Of a DNA stretch of 32,000 bases, positions 1-7,100 are shown piece by piece. The notes beneath the pieces were generated by a model, which worked only from the letters and a program-made list of their open reading frames with translations, was not told the origin of the DNA and ran no database searches. The stretch is from Candidatus Poseidoniaceae archaeon (GTDB lineage: Archaea > Thermoplasmatota > Poseidoniia > Poseidoniales > Poseidoniaceae). The stretch covers positions 600,001 to 632,000 of the forward strand of contig CALSTM010000003.1 of the NCBI GenBank assembly GCA_943789275.1, written 5' to 3'. Position 1 is the first letter of the stretch; each line of letters begins with the position of its first letter. Position numbers and translations under genes: made by a program.

Positions 1-1101
1 TCCAACAAACAGGTTGCTGCAGGATACCAACACACCTGCGCCATTCTTGACAATGGTTCTGTGATGTGCTGGGGAGAGAATGGCCACGGACAGTTAGGCA
101 ATGGTGGAACAGGCGACGAACACATACCCGTTTGGGTTGATCTTGGCACGGATAGGACCGCCGTTGCGATCACTGCTGGATACAGACACACCTGCGCCAT
201 TCTTGACAACGGTTCAGTTTCCTGTTGGGGACAGGGAATTTTTGGGCAATTAGGTAATGGAGGAACATCACAACAAACCTCACCAACGCTCACCAGCAGC
301 CTTGGAACCGGCCGTACGGCCGTAGCGATCACTGCTGGATACAGTCACACCTGCGTCATTCTTGACAACGGTTCAGTTTCCTGTTGGGGAATCGGAAATA
401 AAGGACACTTGGGTAACGGAGGTACATCACAACAAAACTCACCAACGCTCACCAGCAGCCTTGGTACCGGCCGTACGGCCGTAGCGATTTCTGCTGGACA
501 ATATCACTCCTGCGCCATTCTTGACAGCGGTTCAGTTTCCTGTTGGGGGTATGGAATTGAGGGACAATTGGGTAACGGAGGTACATCACAACAAAACTCA
601 CCAACACTCACCAGCAGCCTTGGAACCGGTCGTACGGCCGTAGCGATTTCTGCTGGAGGCATCCACACCTGTGCCATACTTGACAACGGTTCAGTCTCAT
701 GTTGGGGGGAGGGAAGTAAAGGACGATTGGGTAACGGAGGTACATCACAACAAAACTCACCAACGCTCACCAACAGCCTTGGAACCGGTCGTACGGCCGT
801 AGCGATTTCTGGTGGAGCCAAACACACCTGCGCCATTCTTGACAGCGGTTCAGTCTCATGTTGGGGAGATGGAGCCATTGGCATACTGGGTGACGGGGGG
901 ACATCAGATCAACACTCACCAACGCTCACCAGCAGCCTTGGAACTGGCCGAACGGCAGTTGCGCTTGAGAATGGACACGCCCACACCTGTGCCATTCTTG
1001 ACGACGCTTCCATGAAGTGTTGGGGAAATGACAACAACAAGCAGTTAGGCAATGGAGCCACAGGCAGCACCGGCGACCCACCCGTTTTGGTATCAGGCAG
1101 C
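1..1101 (+). repeat. RCC1-type beta-propeller blades, at least 6.5 copies of ~159 bp (53 aa)
   Basis: CWGxGxxGQLGNGGTSQQxSPTLTSSLGTGRTAVAIxAGxxHTCAILDNGSVS recurs with a 159-bp period. This matches the RCC1 blade signature (G.LG ... HTCA.L ... G.V.CWG). The first blade(s) lie upstream of the window. Confidence 0.9.
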
Positions 1102-4100
1102 CATACGTGGGACTCCACGATGATTTCAGGTTCATCAAGTACAGTTTACCTTGTACAGAATGCGCTTATGAGTTCACTTTCTCCAACGTTAGACGCTGGC
1201 TTCGGTGCACCCACTTCATGCAACCAAACAGGGCTACCTTCTGGCCTTTTACTTAGCACCACATGCGTGCTCTCAGGAACACCGACAACGTTGGGCAGTA
1301 CAACGCTGACAATTACCCCCTCGAATGCAGAAGGTAATGGTTCTGCAGCCATTTTTATCGTCAATGTGAATGCTTCAGGTGGTTCAATCACCATCAACAC
1401 AACCTCCACCGAAGGTGGCGTAGGCAGTGCCATCTCAGACATCACCATGTCGTATACACACACCGCCAGCATTCCAAATTGGGTCTCAGGTGTGACCAAC
1501 AGCACAATTAATCCAGCCCCCTCAATTCCAGCCGGCGGGGGTTCAAAACTTTCAATCGATTCTGGTCTAAACGGAGACATCGCAGCTGTGTATTCAGTGG
1601 AGCGAACCGGCGCGACCTCAGCCAATCTCTCCTTGCTCTACAAGTGGAACGGGGCATGGACAGAGAGTACCATTGACAGCAGTGTCGATACGGAGGTTCC
1701 ATCGGTTGCTATCGACCGACAGGGAGCACTTCACATCGGGTATGTCGATAAGGACAATGCCAAGTTGAAGTACGCCACCAATGCATCTGGGTCTTGGGTC
1801 GTTGAAACGTTGGGTGATGCAGCGACTCACCAATTTGCACAAACGGCAATTTCAGTGCATCCGGTCACAAATGCAATTCATATCATGGCCGTGAACGGAT
1901 CGACCATCCCAACCGCAGGATTGAATCATCACACAAACGAAACAGGTACCTGGCTCTACTCAACCATTTCTGACCCATCAGAGGAAGAGGGATTCGGGGT
2001 TAATTTCGATATTGACTCAGATGGTAACCTGCATGTTGTTTTCCGAAGAGAAGCCAACAGTGTCACGACCCCTCACTATGACCACTTGATAATGGCCAGT
2101 CGAATAAACGGTGTTTGGCAAAACCAGACCATTGCAATCAATCTGATTAACGGTGCGTATGGACATCACTTTGACATGGCCATTGATTCACAAGATCAAA
2201 TACACGTAACATATCAAGGTAACCTCAATCAAGGAAAATGGATTTGGCATGGCGTATTATCAAGTGTTAACCCAAGCAGTAGCTGGGTTTTAACTCAATT
2301 ATCTACCTCAGGATTTTACCCAGCTTTGGCCGTCGATTCAAACGACAATGTGCACCTTTCTTATCACGGTGGTGCGGGCTGTCCAAGGATCAGTGGTACC
2401 AAACATACACCTCTGGAACGTGGAGTTCGACGAATCGAAACAAGCGCCACCGCCGGCAACATTCATGGGGGTTACTTCAATGAAATGACCACAGATTCCA
2501 ATGATGATGTCTTTATATTTGCTTATGGGCAAGTGGTTTCCACTTGCAAAAGTTGTGACATTCGAATAACCAGAATTCAAGGTTTAGGACCAAGTCTTGC
2601 GACGAATCCGATTTTCGAGGTATCACCACCACTCCCAGACGGACTGAACATGAACTGGCACAACGGTACCATTTCTGGAACACCGACTGAAACCCACGCG
2701 AACACTACACACACCGTCACAGTGACTGCCTTTGGCGCAACCACAACTGAAACATTCACACTTATGGTCATTGAAGCAGCCGATATTTCCTACGCAGGTT
2801 CACCGTTTACGTTCACCAAGAACACCGAAGTCGTTGGAGAAACACCAACCAACGCTGGTGGAGCAGTCATCACATGGGCAATTCACCCGCCAGCATCTTC
2901 GCTACCAAACGGTCTCTTGTTTGGCCCATCCAACGGAACCATCTACGGTACACCGACCACTGTGGTCTCTTCCGCCGTTACGTTCACCGTTTGGGCGAAC
3001 AATTCGGCTGACAGCAATTCGACAACCATTTCGATCACCGTTCAAGACGAAGCTCCTGACATTTCGTATGCAGGTTCACCGTTTACGTTCACCAAGAACA
3101 CGGAAGTTGTTGGAGAAACACCAACCAACGCTGGTGGTGCGGTAAGCACATGGGCAATTCACCCGCCAGCATCTTCGCTACCAAACGGTCTCTTGTTTGG
3201 CACATCCAACGGAACCATCTACGGAACACCGACCACTGTGGTCTCTTCAGCCGTTACGTTCACGGTTTGGGCGAACAATTCTGCCGATGATATTTCGACA
3301 ACCATTTCGATTACTGTTCAAGATGAAGATGCTGACATTTCGTACGCAGGTTCACCGTTCACATTCACCAAGAACAGTCTTGTGAGCGGTGCAACGCCAA
3401 CTAACGTTGGTGGCGCACCAGATGCATGGGCTATTGATCCAGAAATCTCTACCACGATTCCAGGACTCTCGTTCAACACCGCAACGGGTGCTATCACCGG
3501 TACGCCAACAGGAGTACATTCGGCCACTATGTTCACCGTTTGGGCCAACAATTCCGCAGGTGATATTTCGACAACCATTTCGATCACCGTTCAAGATGAA
3601 GATGCTGACATTTCGTACGCAGGTTCACCGTTCACGTTCACCAAGAACAGTCTTGTGAGCGGTGCAACGCCAACTAACGTTGGTGGCGCACCAGATGCAT
3701 GGGCTATTGATCCAGAAATCTCTACCACGATTCCAGGACTCTCGTTCAACACCGCAACGGGTGCTATCACCGGTACGCCAACAGGAGTACATTCGGCCAC
3801 TATGTTCACCGTTTGGGCCAACAATTCCGCAGGTGATATTTCGACAACCATTTCGATCACCGTTCAAGATGAAGATGCTGACATTTCGTACGCAGGTTCA
3901 CCGTTCACATTCACCAAGAACAGTCTTGTGAGCGGTGCAACGCCAACTAACGTTGGTGGCGCACCAGATGCATGGGCTATTGATCCAGAAATCTCTACCA
4001 CGATTCCAGGACTCTCGTTCAACACCGCAACGGGTGCTATCACCGGTACGCCAACAGGAGTACATTCGGCCACTATGTTCACCGTTTGGGCCAACAATTC

Positions 4101-7100
4101 CGCAGGTGATATTTCGACAACCATTTCGATCACCGTTCAAGATGAAGATGCTGACATTTCGTACGCAGGTTCACCGTTCACATTCACCAAGAACAGTCTT
4201 GTGAGCGGTGCAACGCCAACTAACGTTGGTGGCGCACCAGATGCATGGGCTATTGATCCAGAAATCTCTACCACGATTCCAGGACTCTCGTTCAACACTG
4301 CAACGGGTGCTATCACCGGTACGCCAACAGGAGTACATTCGGCCACTATGTTCACCGTTTGGGCCAACAATTCCGCAGGTGATATTTCGACAACCATTTC
4401 GATCACCGTTCAAGATGAAGATGCTGACATTTCGTACGCAGGTTCACCGTTCACATTCACCAAGAACAGTCTTGTGAGCGGTGCAACGCCAACTAACGTT
4501 GGTGGCGCACCAGATGCATGGGCTATTGATCCAGAAATCTCTACCACGATTCCAGGACTCTCGTTCAACACCGCAACGGGTGCTATCACCGGTACGCCAA
4601 CAGGAGTACATTCGGCCACTATGTTCACCGTTTGGGCCAACAATTCCGCAGGTGATATTTCGACAACCATTTCGATCACTGTGAACGACATTGCACCAGT
4701 TTTCACATATTCATCCCTCGAAGTGACATTAACCAATAATTCGGCGGTATCGCTCTTGCCAATCAGCACGGGCGGGGCGGTCACATCGTGGGAGTACGTA
4801 GGAACTGAACCACTCGGTTTGAACTTCGAAGGCGGAAATGGAACCATTTGGGGCACACCAACCGTTGTTCAATCGAAAACTCAATACTTGATTTGGGGGA
4901 ACAATTCAGGTGGACAGCTTTTGGTTTACATGAACATCACCATTTCTGATGTGCCTGTTTCCTTGAGTTACACCTCTGACAATTACAACCTCACGCGTGC
5001 TGTCACAATGACAACGCCAATCAGTCCAGTTTACACTGGTATTGTTGATGCGTGGGGCATTGAACCTTCACCTACATTGGCGGGTCTCTCTTGGGATTCA
5101 TCCACAGGTGTGATTTCAGGTACGCCAAACATCAACATGACCCGAACAGAATACACCGTTTGGGCAAACAATACCGGTGGTAACGTGTCTCATAAGTTCA
5201 ACATCACCATCAACGAACCGATTGTGACCTTGGTCTACACTCCTGCGAGCGAAACCTTTGTTCGAGGTACGACAATCACCAACTGGCTCCCAACGGTGAC
5301 CGGTGGAAACGTCGAAACTTGGGGCATTGAACCTTCAATTACGGGAACTGGTCTTTCGTTTGTCAACGGAGTGATTTCGGGTACACCGACCATCAACATG
5401 ACCCAAGCCGATTACATCGTATGGGCCAACACGACCGGTGGCGAGACCAACTTTACCATCAGCATTACCATCAATGAACCGATTGTGACCTTGGTCTACA
5501 CTCCTGCGAGCGAAACCTTTGTTCGAGGTACGACAATCACCAACTGGCTCCCAACGGTGACCGGTGGAAACGTCGAAACTTGGGGCATTGAACCTTCAAT
5601 TACGGGAACTGGTCTTTCGTTTGTCAACGGAGTGATTTCGGGTACACCGACCATCAACATGACCCAAGCCGATTACATCGTATGGGCCAACACAACCGGT
5701 GGCGAGACCAACTTTACCATCACCATCACCATCAATGAACCGATTGTGACCTTGGTCTACACTCCTGCGAGCGAAACCTTTGTTCGAGGTACGACAATCA
5801 CCAACTGGCTCCCAACGGTGACCGGTGGAAACGTCGAAACTTGGGGCATTGAACCTTCAATTACGGGAACTGGTCTTTCGTTTGTCAACGGAGTGATTTC
5901 GGGTACACCGACCATCAACATGACCCAAGCCGATTACATCGTATGGGCCAACACAACCGGTGGCGAGACCAACTTTACCATCACCATCACCATCAACGAA
6001 CCTGGAGTCATCCTTGAGTACAATCCAGAAAATGTAATCGTCACAATTGGTGACCCAATGACTGCGTTGACCCCAATTGTCAGCAACGGGAGCGTTGAGA
6101 TATGGAGCATTTATCCCGAACTTGATAATGGATTGAACTTTGCAAACGGAATCATCTCAGGAACGCCAACAAGCATTCAATCAAAACAAACCTACAAGAT
6201 TTGGGCTAACAACACAGGCGGCAATACATATCACGATGTCAACATCACAATCCTTGACATCGTTCCTGAAATTTCCTACAGTCTCGTAAGCATTGACCTT
6301 ACTAATGATACGACAAGCAGTGAGTTGCCTCTCTCCCCGAGTAACCTCGGCGGTCCAGTGGTGTCATGGTCGATTACGCCAGACCTCAGCCTTGGCTTGT
6401 CGTTTGACCCTGCAACCGGCGTCATCAGTGGAACACCCACTGAAGTCACAGCACTTCGAGTCTACACCGTTACTGCAACAAATACAGGTGGAACGAGCAC
6501 GACAGAGATTGAAATCACCGTTCTTGACCAAGTTCCGATGATTGCATACGTGCCTTCGGATGAAGTTCTGCTCTTGAACGAGAGTGTCCTGAACATGGTA
6601 CCTGAATCCACGGGTGGAGCAATCACGGGCTGGTCAATCACACCTGAGCCATCTGCTGGTTTGTTCTTTGACGCATCGACCGGTGTTTTCAGCGGTACGC
6701 CTACGGAGACAATGATTCGAACCCTGTACGAGATTACAGCAACAAATGATGTGGGAAGCATGACCGTTTCGGTTAACATCACCGTTGAAGATTTGAATTA
6801 CAACCTCTCGCTTGGTCCGATTTATTTGCTCATTAATGAGGAAATGTTGAGTTTAGAACCGACATCAACCCTCTCTGATGCTGTCTATGAAGTCAGCCCA
6901 GATCTGCCTGATGGTCTCTTCCTTGGAGAAAGCAATGGAACCATTTGGGGCACACCAACGGTTGGAATGCCTCTGACAAATTTCACCATCTATGCCAACA
7001 GCAGTTTGTTCAATGATGTGCTTGAAATCCAAATCGGAGTCCTAGAAGATTCAGATTCGGATGGAATGCCGAACCAACTGCCGCTTGGTTACAATCCACT

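Larger units (their letters stand above)
2596..7030 (+). other. Array of ~16 He_PIG (putative Ig / dystroglycan-type cadherin-like) domains
   Basis: Units of 87-92 aa carry the He_PIG hallmark ...LPxGLxFxxxxGxIxGTPT...Y(T/I)(V/I)WAxNxxG...(I/V)T(V/I)xD. Confidence 0.85.

Noticed and set aside
61-63. GTG at 61 as the start of gene 1 (as in the ORF track)
   Set aside because: Frame 1 is open back to nt 1, and nt 1-60 encode the middle of an RCC1 blade. The real start is upstream of the window.
3325-4689. A CRISPR-like array, given the regular repeats
   Set aside because: The units are 273 bp, directly abutting with no unique spacers, and in frame inside a CDS encoding a recognisable Ig-like domain.
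3318-4856. Families of 80-89-aa (one 148-aa) ORFs recurring every 273 bp on both strands (3318.., 3352.., 3389.. and so on)
   Set aside because: They are shadow ORFs created by copying the same stop-free off-frames five times. They lie wholly inside a coherent frame-1 domain array and their sequences are low-complexity.
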